From the NCBI GenBank assembly GCA_963727525.1, contig CAVSGO010000007.1, positions 2,080,001 to 2,144,000 on the forward strand: a DNA stretch of 64,000 nucleotides, in the 5' to 3' direction. This DNA comes from an uncultured bacterium (GTDB taxonomy: Bacteria > Krumholzibacteriota > Krumholzibacteriia > LZORAL124-64-63). The notes below the pieces were generated by a model. That model had not been told where the DNA came from. It made no database searches and worked only from the letters and a program-made list of their open reading frames with translations. The position numbers were made by a program, and so were the translations under genes. Positions 45,653-55,342 of this stretch are shown here, in pieces (the first letter of the stretch is position 1; every line of letters begins with the position of its first letter).

Positions 45653-48600
45653 GCCGCGGTCGCAGGCGCCCGCCGAAACGCTGCAACGCGCGTCCCGCCC
45701 GGGATCCGGCCGAGACGGTGTCCTCGGCAAGGGTGGCGGTCGCGGGCAGCAGCACCGCCGTGAGGAATGTGGAGACGAGCAGTCCGCCCATGATCACCAG
45801 GGCCATCGAGTAGTAATAGACGCCACCGAGGCTCGGCTTCTGCACGACGATGGGCACGAGGCCGATGAGCGTGGTGACCGCTGTCATGATGATGGGGCGC
45901 AAGCGCTCGCGGCCTCCGCGGAGCATGGCGGCATGGCGCGCCATGCCGCCTCGCCGGTAGTAGTTGATGTGCTCCAGCATGACGATGCCGTTGTTGACGA
46001 CGATGCCGATGAGCAGGAGCAATCCGATGGCCGCCGGCTGGTCGAAGTCGGTCTTCGTCAACCACAACGTCCAGAACGCGCCGGATAGCGCGAACGGCAG
46101 GGCCACCATGAGCGCCACGGCCTGCGGCACGGATTCGAAGAGTCCCGCCATTACGGCGAACACCAGCAGCAAAGCGAGCAGCAGGTTCGTGATGAACTCG
46201 TGCGACTGTTCCTGGCGCTGCTCGACCCAGCGGCCGAACGTCCAGCCGTAGCCATAGGGAAAGTTCATGCCGGCCATGACCCGGCGTACCTCGTCCATGT
46301 AATGGTCCGTGGTGCCGTCGCGGAAACGCCCGCCCACCCAGATGCTCGTCTTGCGATTGTCGCGCTGGATGCGCTCCGGACTCGGTACGGGCGTGAACGC
46401 GGCGATGGAGGCCAGCGGTACCTTCTCCCCCGCATCCGTGTACAGGGGCAGGTTCTGGAGCTGCGCCACGCTCTCGTCCGCACGTTCGTCGAGAGTGAGC
46501 ATCATCTCGCGCTCCCCCTCCGGGGCGCGGAAGCGTTGCAGGCGACGCCCACGATAGGTGAGGCCGATCGTCTGGCCGACCTGATCGGGCGTCAGCCCGT
46601 AGCGCACCGCGAGATCGCGATCGACCTCCACGTGCATCTCCTGCGCCGCATCCTGCTCGCGCGTGCCGACATCGAGCAGACCGGGTATCGTCTCCAGCCG
46701 CTGCACGGCCTGCTCCGCGAGGGTCTGGAGCACGCTCGTATCCTCGCCGTAGACGGCGAAGCCTACCCGCTTGCCACCGCCGTGCCGCCAGCCCTGTGTA
46801 TTGTCCTCGATCCGGCACTCCACGCCGGGAATCTGGGGCACCATGGCGCGTAGCTGGGAGCGCATGTGGCTCAGCGTCGCCTCGTTGGCATCGCCCTCGG
46901 GCGGATAGAAGCGCAGCATCGACCAGCGATCGCTCCAGAACGCATAGATTGCCCGTACGTTCAGCTCGTCCTTGTGCGGCGCAAAGACATTCTCGATGCG
47001 GGTGATCATCGCTTCCTTCTGGTCGAGCGCCACCTCCTCGCTGAAGCGCACCTGCATCTGTACGAACATCTCGGCGTTCTCCGCCCCGAAGTTCTTGTCG
47101 ACGTGCTGGAACGGGTACCAGGTGGAGGCAAGCATGGCCACGCCCACGACCGGCGTGAGCCAACGGTGGCGCAGGAAGAAGCCGAGGGTGCGCTCGTGGC
47201 GGACCTCCAGCCCCCGCATGAAGCGGTCCTTGGGGCGCGGCTGCGCCTGGATGACCAGGCTGGTCGCCAGCGGGATGAGCGTCTGGCTCACGAAGAGCGA
47301 CGCCAGCAGGGTGAGGCACACCGTGATGCCCAGCTCGCGCAGGTAGACGTTCATCTGGCTGGGCTTGTTGAAGATCAGCGGCAGGAACACGATGACCGAG
47401 GTGAGCGTGGCGGCGGTCACGGCCACCGACACCTCGCGCGAGCCGCGCAGCGACGCCTCGCGCCCGGGCATCCCTTCCTCGCGATAGCGGAAGATGTTCT
47501 CCATCACCACGACGGCGTTGTCCACCAGCATGCCGATGCCCACGATCAGCCCCAGCAGCGTGAGCGTGTTCATGTTGCCGCCGCGCGCCCAGATGACACC
47601 GCAGGTGACGATGAGGGAGAACGGGATGCACGCCGTGGCCACGAGCGTGGACGAGACGCGGCGCAGGAACGCGAAGAGCACCAGCGCCGCCAGCACGGAA
47701 CCGAAGATGCCCGTGAAGGTGAGATCGCGCAGCGTCTTGCGGATCTCGGCGCCCTGGCTGAACCAGGTGATGAACGTGACACCCTCGAGCTCGGGGTCGT
47801 CGTCGAGGGCCGCGATGCGCTTCTGCAGCGCGTCGCACACGGTCACGGTGTTGGCCTTGCTCTCCTGGGTGACGGTGACGCCAATGGCGAAATCGCCATC
47901 CAGATGTCGACCATAGTCGAGCGGCGGCTCTGTGTAGCGCACGTCGGCCACGTCGCGCAGGCGCAGCCCGTCGCCGCGCAGCGGCAGGTTGGCGATCTCG
48001 TCGACCGTGGCGAAGGCGCCCACGGTGCGCACGGTGAAGCGCGTAGCCCCATCGGTGACTCGGCCCAGCGACATGTCGAAGTTGCTGCCGCGCAGGATGC
48101 GCGCCACGTCGCGCACGTCGATGCGGTGCAGCTCCAGATCGGCGATGCGCAGGTTGATGCGTACCTCGCGCTGCCGCACCCCGTCGAGCCGCACGGTGGC
48201 CACGCCCGGCACGCGCTCGAGCGGGCGGATGATCTTGCGTTCGAGCAGATCGTAGCTCTCGCTCAGGTTGCGTTTGCTCGACAGGCGCCCTTCCAGGATG
48301 GGCATCTCGTCTTCCTGCCCATCCCAGCTCCGGCTCAGCTGGATGTCGCCGATGTCCTCGGGCAGGTCGCCGCGGATGCGGTCGATGCGATCCCACACCT
48401 CGGCGCGGGCCAGGTGCAGGTCGGTGCCCGCGGCGAACCCGAGCCGCAGGCGGCCGCCGTCGGAATCGCAGTTCGACCACATCTCCTTCAAGCCCGTCAC
48501 CGAGCCGACTGCGTCCTCGAGCGGGCGCACGATCATGCGCTCCACCTGTTCAGGCGACGCGCTGGGATAGCTGGCCTGGATGAAGAGCTCGGGCTCCTCG

Positions 48601-48719
48601 AAGTCGGGCATGAAGGCGAGCGGCAAACGCGTGAGCGCCACGGCACCCAGCACGACCATGCTGACCAGGATCGTCAGCATCGCGACGGGGCGGCGGATCG
48701 CGATTTCGGGCAACGTCAC
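45630..48719 (-). CDS. RND efflux permease (AcrB/AcrD/AcrF family)
   Basis: AIRRPV, YPSASPEQVE, GMLVDNAVVVMENI, GIVVNNGIV, RLRPIIMT. Confidence 0.93.
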   Translation of the reverse strand: MTLPEIAIRRPVAMLTILVSMVVLGAVALTRLPLAFMPDFEEPELFIQASYPSASPEQVERMIVRPLEDAVGSVTGLKEMWSNCDSDGGRLRLGFAAGTDLHLARAEVWDRIDRIRGDLPEDIGDIQLSRSWDGQEDEMPILEGRLSSKRNLSESYDLLERKIIRPLERVPGVATVRLDGVRQREVRINLRIADLELHRIDVRDVARILRGSNFDMSLGRVTDGATRFTVRTVGAFATVDEIANLPLRGDGLRLRDVADVRYTEPPLDYGRHLDGDFAIGVTVTQESKANTVTVCDALQKRIAALDDDPELEGVTFITWFSQGAEIRKTLRDLTFTGIFGSVLAALVLFAFLRRVSSTLVATACIPFSLIVTCGVIWARGGNMNTLTLLGLIVGIGMLVDNAVVVMENIFRYREEGMPGREASLRGSREVSVAVTAATLTSVIVFLPLIFNKPSQMNVYLRELGITVCLTLLASLFVSQTLIPLATSLVIQAQPRPKDRFMRGLEVRHERTLGFFLRHRWLTPVVGVAMLASTWYPFQHVDKNFGAENAEMFVQMQVRFSEEVALDQKEAMITRIENVFAPHKDELNVRAIYAFWSDRWSMLRFYPPEGDANEATLSHMRSQLRAMVPQIPGVECRIEDNTQGWRHGGGKRVGFAVYGEDTSVLQTLAEQAVQRLETIPGLLDVGTREQDAAQEMHVEVDRDLAVRYGLTPDQVGQTIGLTYRGRRLQRFRAPEGEREMMLTLDERADESVAQLQNLPLYTDAGEKVPLASIAAFTPVPSPERIQRDNRKTSIWVGGRFRDGTTDHYMDEVRRVMAGMNFPYGYGWTFGRWVEQRQEQSHEFITNLLLALLLVFAVMAGLFESVPQAVALMVALPFALSGAFWTLWLTKTDFDQPAAIGLLLLIGIVVNNGIVMLEHINYYRRGGMARHAAMLRGGRERLRPIIMTAVTTLIGLVPIVVQKPSLGGVYYYSMALVIMGGLLVSTFLTAVLLPATATLAEDTVSAGSRAGRALQRFGGRLRPRPTPPSLG

Positions 48720-48925
48720 GTCGGCCTCACTCGGCGGTGCGGGATGGACTCAAGTTAGGCGTCTGGACCGGGCGATCGCAACCATGGTGCGAATGAATCC
48801 CTACGCAGGCCGTAACGCGATGTTCCCGCCGCGATGTTCCCGCCGCTTGCTGCCCTCCCGCCGATCTGCGATGATCCCAGCCGTTCCCGTCGCCGCCCCA
48901 TCGCCCGCCCCGCCCGGAGGCTGAA

Positions 48926-51181
48926 ATGAGCCGCGAGCATCGCGACCGTCTGCTTGTGGTGGCGCTCGTGGGGTGCGCGGCCTGGTTGCGCATCTGGCAC
49001 CTCGGACAGGGGCTGCCCGACTTCGTCGAGGAAGCCATCCCCTTGCGCCGGGCCATGGCGATGGGTGGCTGGCAGGCGGGTCATGTCGATCTCGATCCAC
49101 GGTTTTTCAATTACCCGTCCCTCGTCATCTATCTCGAGCTCGCGCTGGTGCGCCTGCAGATTCTCGTGAGCACGCTGGGCGGGCATCTGGCGTCGGCGGC
49201 CGATTTCTGGGTGCGTTTCCAGACCGACCCCACGGGTCCCGTGCTGCTGGCGCGGGGTCTCAGCGTGGCTGCTGATCTTGCCGCCGTGGTGGGTGCGTGG
49301 CGCGTAGCCGAGCGCCTGCGCCCCGGCGCGGGTCTGCTCGCCGGCGTCGTCGTGACCTTTGCCGGCGTTTCGATCGCGATCGCCCGTCTCGTGCAGGTGG
49401 ATCCCGTGCAGGGGGCCCTGATGATCTGGGCCGTCGAGCGCTTGCTCGCCTTCCTGACGCGGGGAGGCCGCGGGAGGCTCGCCGGCGCCATCGTGCTCAT
49501 CGGCCTCACGGCGGGCGCGAAGTACCCCGGCGGGTTGCTCGTCGTACCGCTGGGGTGGGTGCTCTGGCGACGCGAGGGACGGCGCGGCCTCGCCCTGGCG
49601 CCGATCGCGGCGGCCGGCTGCGTCCTGGTGTTCCTCGCGACGACGCCGTACGCGCTGCTGGATCCGGGCGCGTTCTGGCGCGACGTCGGTTTCGAACGCA
49701 GCCACATGGCCACGGGGCACCTGGGCACGGAAGGATCGCTGGGGGCCGCATTCGCCGCCTCCACGCTCGTGCGCAACCTGGGCCTGCCGCTGATCATGCT
49801 GGCGCTGGGCTTCCTCGTGGCCACTCTGCGGCGCGCGCGCCGGACTGCGGCCGCGGCCGACATGACCGTGGCCCTGGCGTGGTTGCCCCTGGTGTGCGCG
49901 GTCGCCCTGGCACGGATGCAGGCCGAGCGCTACCTCGTGCCGCTCGTCCCCCTTATTGCCGTGATGGGCGCCGCCGCGGTGGCGGATCTCCTCGCGCGAC
50001 CGTCCCCCTGGCATGTGCTGGCCACACCGGGATGGCGCCGCGCCGTGCACGTGCTGGGCGTGTTGGTCTGCATCCCGGTGGTATGGCACGGGTTTCCGGT
50101 CGCCGCAGCGGGACGCGGCCATACCCAGATCCAGGCCCGGCGCTGGCTCGAGGCCCACGTCCCCGACGACCGGATCATCGTGGCCGAGCCCTACACCGCC
50201 GCCGTTCCCAACGAGTTCGACGACGCACGCGTGCTCGCCCACCCGGCCTGGGCGCAGGCGAGCGACGGCGTGCGCAGCGATTACCTCGCCGCTCCGCGCC
50301 ACGCCTTCGTGTCGCTTCCGCTGGTGGTGAGCGGATCGGTCGACGTCGACGTCGTCGATCTCGCGGGCCGGCCTGCCACGATCACGCTCTTCCCTCATGC
50401 CGACGCCATCAATGCGGTGTTCTACACGCCGCAACTCATCGCGGGCGTGGCCTACGCGGTCGTGAGCGACGCCGTCCGTGGCCGCCATCGGGCCGATCCG
50501 GCGCGCTATCCGCGCCAGGTGGCGTTCTACGCGCTGCTCGATCGCACGGCTGTGGTGGCGCAACGCTTCGTCCCCGGCCACGGCATCGCCGGACCGACCA
50601 TCACCGTGTACAGCCTCGGCGACGCCTTCGGCAAGGCGATCGGCCCGCGGCTCGACCCTCTGTGGTGGACGGAGGTCGTGCCACTGGCGTTTCGCCGCCA
50701 GTTCGAGAACACGGCCGTGCCACCCGCGCACCGCTGCGGCGCGGCGCCCCGCTGCACCGACGGCCGGCCCTCGCCATGGGTCGTGGGACTCCGCCCGCCC
50801 TTCGCCCACTTCGTGGCGCCGTTCCTTAGGCGCCTCGCCGCCGCCCAGCTCGCAGCGGCGCACCCGGCGGCGGCCCGCCAGCTCGCCACGGCACTCGCCG
50901 TATCGGATCCGGACGACCCGCGGGGCACGCAGCTCTACGTGCAGGCGAGCCTCGCGGCCGGCGATCGCGAGGCCGCCATCAAGGCTCTGGATTACGCCAT
51001 CAAGCGCAACGACACCGGCGGCGGCGCCGCCGACCGCCTGCGGCTTGCGACGGTCCTGCACGAGATGAACCGCGATCCCGAAGCGGCCCGCGTCCTGCTC
51101 GACCTGCTGCGCGCCCCCGATGTCCCCGACAGCCTCGCCCGCGCCGCCCGCGATCTGCAGCGCCACCTGGCCCCCGACTAG
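48926..51181 (+). CDS. GT-C fold glycosyltransferase (PMT/ArnT-like) with C-terminal TPR-like region
   Basis: LRIWHLGQGLPDFVEE, PRFFNYPSL, GAKYPG, TTPYALLD, ERYLVPLVP; multiple TM helices. Confidence 0.8.
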   Translation: MSREHRDRLLVVALVGCAAWLRIWHLGQGLPDFVEEAIPLRRAMAMGGWQAGHVDLDPRFFNYPSLVIYLELALVRLQILVSTLGGHLASAADFWVRFQTDPTGPVLLARGLSVAADLAAVVGAWRVAERLRPGAGLLAGVVVTFAGVSIAIARLVQVDPVQGALMIWAVERLLAFLTRGGRGRLAGAIVLIGLTAGAKYPGGLLVVPLGWVLWRREGRRGLALAPIAAAGCVLVFLATTPYALLDPGAFWRDVGFERSHMATGHLGTEGSLGAAFAASTLVRNLGLPLIMLALGFLVATLRRARRTAAAADMTVALAWLPLVCAVALARMQAERYLVPLVPLIAVMGAAAVADLLARPSPWHVLATPGWRRAVHVLGVLVCIPVVWHGFPVAAAGRGHTQIQARRWLEAHVPDDRIIVAEPYTAAVPNEFDDARVLAHPAWAQASDGVRSDYLAAPRHAFVSLPLVVSGSVDVDVVDLAGRPATITLFPHADAINAVFYTPQLIAGVAYAVVSDAVRGRHRADPARYPRQVAFYALLDRTAVVAQRFVPGHGIAGPTITVYSLGDAFGKAIGPRLDPLWWTEVVPLAFRRQFENTAVPPAHRCGAAPRCTDGRPSPWVVGLRPPFAHFVAPFLRRLAAAQLAAAHPAAARQLATALAVSDPDDPRGTQLYVQASLAAGDREAAIKALDYAIKRNDTGGGAADRLRLATVLHEMNRDPEAARVLLDLLRAPDVPDSLARAARDLQRHLAPD

Positions 51182-51305
51182 CCGTCCGCGGCACGCCGCG
51201 ATTTTCCGTCGACAACGCCACGTGGCTGGGGTAGGATGGCCTCACATCTGGGGGTTCTACTTTGTGCTTTTCTCGAATCCCGAGGCTATCGGGGGAGGTT
51301 CATTG

Positions 51306-51809
51306 ATGAAACGACAGCTATTGCTAGTACTTGCGGCGAGTCTGTTCGTCCTGAGTATTCCGGTCGTCGCCCTTGCGGACGCGTCGATCGTGCAGCTCTG
51401 GTGCCATGCGCCGGACGATACGCCGAACATCGTGGAAGTGCATTTCTCGGTGGTCAATTACAGCACCGATGAGCCGATCTGCGGCTTCTCGCTGCGCTCG
51501 GAGCCGTTCCCGCCGTACGACGGCTGCGTGCCGCTGTGGCTGCAGGACACGCCGGGCTGGACGGGATCGCTCAATGCCATGGGTGGCGCCGACTGGACGG
51601 CCGACGCCGGCCACTGTATCACCGCTCCGAACATGGACGGCGAGTTCGTGATCGCGTTGCCGGATCCCGACAACACCTTCTGCTGTTACGTGGCGCAGTA
51701 CCTCGACGCCGCAGGCAACGTGCTGGTCGAGCAGGAGGAGTGCTTCTACTGTTCCGTGGTGCCGACCGAGTCCACGGACTGGGGTAGCATCAAGAGCATG
51801 TATCGCTGA
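51306..51809 (+). CDS. Secreted Cys-rich protein of unknown function with C-terminal WGxxK tail
   Basis: GGGGAGG RBS; signal peptide (..VALA-D); 8 Cys; ends VVPTESTDWGSIKSMYR. Confidence 0.85.
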   Translation: MKRQLLLVLAASLFVLSIPVVALADASIVQLWCHAPDDTPNIVEVHFSVVNYSTDEPICGFSLRSEPFPPYDGCVPLWLQDTPGWTGSLNAMGGADWTADAGHCITAPNMDGEFVIALPDPDNTFCCYVAQYLDAAGNVLVEQEECFYCSVVPTESTDWGSIKSMYR

Positions 51810-51847
51810 GAACGCGGAACGAGTTCGCGGACCCAGTGAGTCGCGCA

Positions 51848-51873
51848 GGGGCGGTTCCGGCAGGAACCGCCCC
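51848..51873 (+). terminator. Hairpin after the secreted protein gene
   Basis: GGGGCGGTTCC-ggca-GGAACCGCCCC. Confidence 0.7.
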
Positions 51874-51908
51874 ATCTCGTATCATCACACCCCGCACGGG
51901 AGACGGCC

Positions 51909-52730
51909 ATGACCGATGGCCCAGGCACGCTCGCTGTCGCCCTGGTCCAGCTCGACGCCGGTGAGGACGTCACCGTCAACGTGGCCCGCGCCGAAGCTCT
52001 TGCGCGCGACGCCATCGCCGGTGGTGCGCGACTCGTCGTGCTGCCCGAGATGTTCCACTTCCGCAGCACGGGCCAGCCCGCGCGTCTGCCCGGCGAGACG
52101 ATCCCCGGCCCCTCCACCCGTGGACTGCAGAAGATCGCGGCCAATGCGGGCGCCGCCATCCTCGCCGGCAGCGTATGCGAGCGCGTCGGGGACGACTTTC
52201 GCGTCTACAACACGTCGGTACTCATCGCCCCCGACGGCGGCATCGCGGCCACATATCGCAAGATCCATCTCTTCGACGTGGAGATCGACGGCACCGCCAT
52301 CCGCGAATCCGACTGGTACCACGCCGGCGACACCACCGCGTGCGCCGACGTCCTCGGCCACCGCCTCGGCCTGAGCATCTGTTACGACCTGCGCTTCCCC
52401 GAACTCTACCGCCGCCACGCCGACGCGGGCGCCGACCTGCTCGCCGTGCCGGCCTCCTTCACCGCCACCAGCGGGGCCGCCCACTGGGAGAGCCTGTTGC
52501 GCGCCCGCGCCATCGAGAACCAGGCCTTCGTGCTGGCCCCCAACCAGACCGGCTCCGGCTCGGGTGGCGTGAAGACCTACGGCAACAGCCTGATCGTCGA
52601 CCCCTGGGGCATGATCCTCGCCCGCGGGAGCGACGACGGCACGGAGATCATCACTGCCACCCTCGACTTCGACCGACTCACCGAGGTGCGACGGAGATTG
52701 CCCGCGCTGGGGCATCGGAGATTGGGGTGA
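51909..52730 (+). CDS. Carbon-nitrogen hydrolase (Nit1/deaminated glutathione amidase-like)
   Basis: LPE, YRKIHLFD, ICYDLRFPE, ARAIENQ. Confidence 0.92.
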   Translation: MTDGPGTLAVALVQLDAGEDVTVNVARAEALARDAIAGGARLVVLPEMFHFRSTGQPARLPGETIPGPSTRGLQKIAANAGAAILAGSVCERVGDDFRVYNTSVLIAPDGGIAATYRKIHLFDVEIDGTAIRESDWYHAGDTTACADVLGHRLGLSICYDLRFPELYRRHADAGADLLAVPASFTATSGAAHWESLLRARAIENQAFVLAPNQTGSGSGGVKTYGNSLIVDPWGMILARGSDDGTEIITATLDFDRLTEVRRRLPALGHRRLG

Positions 52731-52744
52731 GGAGTGAGGGCAGG

Positions 52745-53959
52745 TCAGCCACGGGCTTGTTGCAGGAGGACCTGGCTGGTGATGCGGTCCAGTGCCTTAC
52801 CGAGCGGTTCCTCCTCGATGCCCGAGAATGAGAGGCGCACGTGGTGGGAGTAGCGGTCATCGCCGAAGGCGGTACCGGGGATGACGGCCACACCGGCGTC
52901 GAGGAAGGTCTGGAGCAGGTGGTCGCCTGGCTTCGTGCCCGTTGGTGCCGGCGCCACGCGGTTTGCGAGATCGAGAAAGAAGTAGAAGGCGCCCTCGGGC
53001 TTGTAGAGGTGGTCGCCGAGCACGGGACGCAGGCGGTCGAAGATGAGGTCGCGGCGGCGGCCGAAGCGTGCGAGCAACTCACGCAGCCACACGTCGCGAT
53101 CGTCGCGTGCGGTGAGCGCCACGGCGAAGGCTTTCTGGATGAAGGGCACGACGCCGGCCGTCTGCGTGTACTCGCCCAGGGTGAGCCGCTGCATCAACTC
53201 CGCGTCGCGGCACACGGTGTAGCCGATGCGAAAGCCCGTGGCCGCGTACGATTTCGAGCAGGTGAACACGGCAAAGATATGGTCGCCGGGGAACTCGAGC
53301 ATGGTCACGTGGCGCGCATCGCCGTACACGAAGTCCTTGTACGCCTCGTCTGACACGATGCGCACACCGTGCTGGCGGCATAGCGCGTCGATGCGCGTCA
53401 GCTCGTCGCGCGAGAACACCTTGCCCGTGGGATTGTGCGGCGAATTGAGGTAGAGGATGTCGGCATCGGCGAGCTTGCGGTCGAGTTGCGCGAAGTCGAC
53501 CTCGAGTGCGCCGGCGCGCTCCACCAGGGCCACCGTGTCGAGCGTGAAATCGGCATAAGGGAAGATGTTCTCCAGCACGCAGCTCCAGGTGGGCGCGAAG
53601 GCCAGCACACGGCCCCCCGCGAAGAGTCCGAAGACGAGTTGCAGCCCCTCCTGTCCTCCGTACGTGCACAGCACGTGCTCGCGCGCGATGCCGGTGATCC
53701 CCATCTCTGCGAGATGCGCGATCACCGCATCCTTGAAGAACGGCTCACCACCGGATTTGGGATAGCGCGTGAGCCCCGCATCGATCGCCGCCTTCGCCGC
53801 CTTCACCACGAAGCCCGGCGTCGGGTCGGCCAGCTCCCCCCGCTGCAGGAACGCGAATCGCTCGCCGGTGCGCCCTTCCCACCGCGGTGCCACGTCACGG
53901 ATGCGCTCGCTGATCTCGACGATCGGCGACAACCCGATGCGGGCGAAGTTCGGATTCAC
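52745..53959 (-). CDS. PLP-dependent aminotransferase class I/II
   Basis: NSPHNPTG, SDEAY, SKSYAATGFRIG, GAFY, VRLSF. Confidence 0.92.
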   Translation of the reverse strand: MNPNFARIGLSPIVEISERIRDVAPRWEGRTGERFAFLQRGELADPTPGFVVKAAKAAIDAGLTRYPKSGGEPFFKDAVIAHLAEMGITGIAREHVLCTYGGQEGLQLVFGLFAGGRVLAFAPTWSCVLENIFPYADFTLDTVALVERAGALEVDFAQLDRKLADADILYLNSPHNPTGKVFSRDELTRIDALCRQHGVRIVSDEAYKDFVYGDARHVTMLEFPGDHIFAVFTCSKSYAATGFRIGYTVCRDAELMQRLTLGEYTQTAGVVPFIQKAFAVALTARDDRDVWLRELLARFGRRRDLIFDRLRPVLGDHLYKPEGAFYFFLDLANRVAPAPTGTKPGDHLLQTFLDAGVAVIPGTAFGDDRYSHHVRLSFSGIEEEPLGKALDRITSQVLLQQARG

Positions 53960-53979
53960 CGCTTGGCCTCCTGCTAGGG

Positions 53980-54059
53980 GGTATCATGGGGCGTGATGGG
54001 AATCGGCGGCCTTCGAGCAAGCCAGGCGGTCGCCGACCCCCATCACACCCCATGATACC
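53980..54059. repeat. 32-bp imperfect inverted repeat with 16-nt loop
   Basis: GGTATCATGGGGCGTGATGGGAATCGGCGGCC versus reverse complement GGTATCATGGGGTGTGATGGGGGTCGGCGACC (28/32 identical). Confidence 0.85.
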
Positions 54060-54152
54060 TGCGCCTACGGGAGGAAGCCACGGGGCATCTCACTCGTGGT
54101 CGGAGCTCGTTCGATGCGACGAAATTCGTGTGCTTCCAGGCGGCGGCTGACC

Positions 54153-54653
54153 TCAGGCGATCGCCCCCTTGGCTCCGGCCAGGCGGCGCAGCACGCCGAG
54201 CTGGCCGCAGTGGTACGATTCGTGGAACACGAGGGTCACCAGCAGGGAGCCACACGTCTCGTCGTCGCGGCCACCAGGGCTGATGGGGGCCTTGGCGACC
54301 AAGAACTCGCTGGCGAGGGCGGCAATGCCGGCTTTCAGGGGTTCGGCAGTGGCCGCGAAATCTTTCTTCATGGTCGAGAGCGGCACGGTGTCGGTCGCAT
54401 CGACGATGGGCGGCGAGCCGCGGCGGTAGCGATCGTAGCGATCGGCCGGGAAGGGGCACGCCTGACCGAGCAAGGCGAGCGCGCCGCCACGGGCCTGGAC
54501 GATGTGGCCGGCGACCCAGTTCACGCAGTTGCCGCCGGGGGCCGGCTGGACGAGGGCGTCGTCGTCCGACAGTCCCTCCAAGTTCACCTCGAACGTGTAG
54601 GAAATAGCGCCATACTGGAGCGACAGCGTCCACTGCAAGGTCTCGATATCCAT
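54153..54653 (-). CDS. DinB/YfiT-family protein
   Basis: PGGNCVNWVAGHI, FHESYHCGQ metal-binding His pattern. Confidence 0.88.
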   Translation of the reverse strand: MDIETLQWTLSLQYGAISYTFEVNLEGLSDDDALVQPAPGGNCVNWVAGHIVQARGGALALLGQACPFPADRYDRYRRGSPPIVDATDTVPLSTMKKDFAATAEPLKAGIAALASEFLVAKAPISPGGRDDETCGSLLVTLVFHESYHCGQLGVLRRLAGAKGAIA

Positions 54654-54656
54654 GAC

Positions 54657-55136
54657 TTACTCCCCATCGTCGGGTGTGGGTGGTTTCTGACTGGTTACGC
54701 GCCGGATCGCGTCCAGCACGCGTACGAAGGCCTGACGTTCGTCTGAAGAAAGCTCGGCATCGAGCGCAGCCTCGAACGCCTCGAGCCGCACCCGCAGGCG
54801 GGTGGCCGCGTCGCGCCCCGAGTCGGTGAGATCGACGACGAATGACCGCCGGTCCTCAGGATTGACGGACCGCACGACCTGCCCGGCCCCCTCCAGCCGA
54901 TCGACCATGCCCGTCACCGTCGACTTGTGCAGCCCGAAGATCGAGACGAGATCGCCGATCGGTACCGGCGCGTAGCTCCCCAGGTAGCTGAGCATATGCG
55001 CCACCCCAGCCGGCACGCCCTCCGCCGCCGCCTCCCCCGCGAGATGACCCTGGATCTGTCGCGTCGCCCGATGCCACGGACTGAGGTAGCGCAGCGCGGG
55101 ATGGATCGGGATACGCGATGCCTTCTTTTTGTTCAT
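54657..55136 (-). CDS. MarR-family transcriptional regulator
   Basis: STVTGMVDRLE, RSVNPEDRRS..LTDSG. Confidence 0.92.
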   Translation of the reverse strand: MNKKKASRIPIHPALRYLSPWHRATRQIQGHLAGEAAAEGVPAGVAHMLSYLGSYAPVPIGDLVSIFGLHKSTVTGMVDRLEGAGQVVRSVNPEDRRSFVVDLTDSGRDAATRLRVRLEAFEAALDAELSSDERQAFVRVLDAIRRVTSQKPPTPDDGE

Positions 55137-55170
55137 TTTCGTACTATACGATTACGAACAAAATCCGCAA
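55137..55170 (-). promoter_or_regulatory. marR promoter with palindromic operator; probably leaderless
   Basis: Minus strand TTGCGG-16 nt-TATAGT-acgaaa-ATG; palindromes TCGTA-tag-TACGA and TTCGTA-N9-TACGAA overlap the -10. Confidence 0.6.
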
Positions 55171-55342
55171 CTCCCGCCGGTCGGACCCTACCGGTACCGA
55201 GCGTAAGGCCCGAGCGCGACCTCGCGGACGATGCATGTCGTCTTTCTCCTCCGTTTCTCGTTTCTCCCCATGACCGCGATCACGAGGCCCGCACCGGCAC
55301 GACGGTCGGGAGCTTCGCCACCTGTTTCCCGGAGGTACCGCC

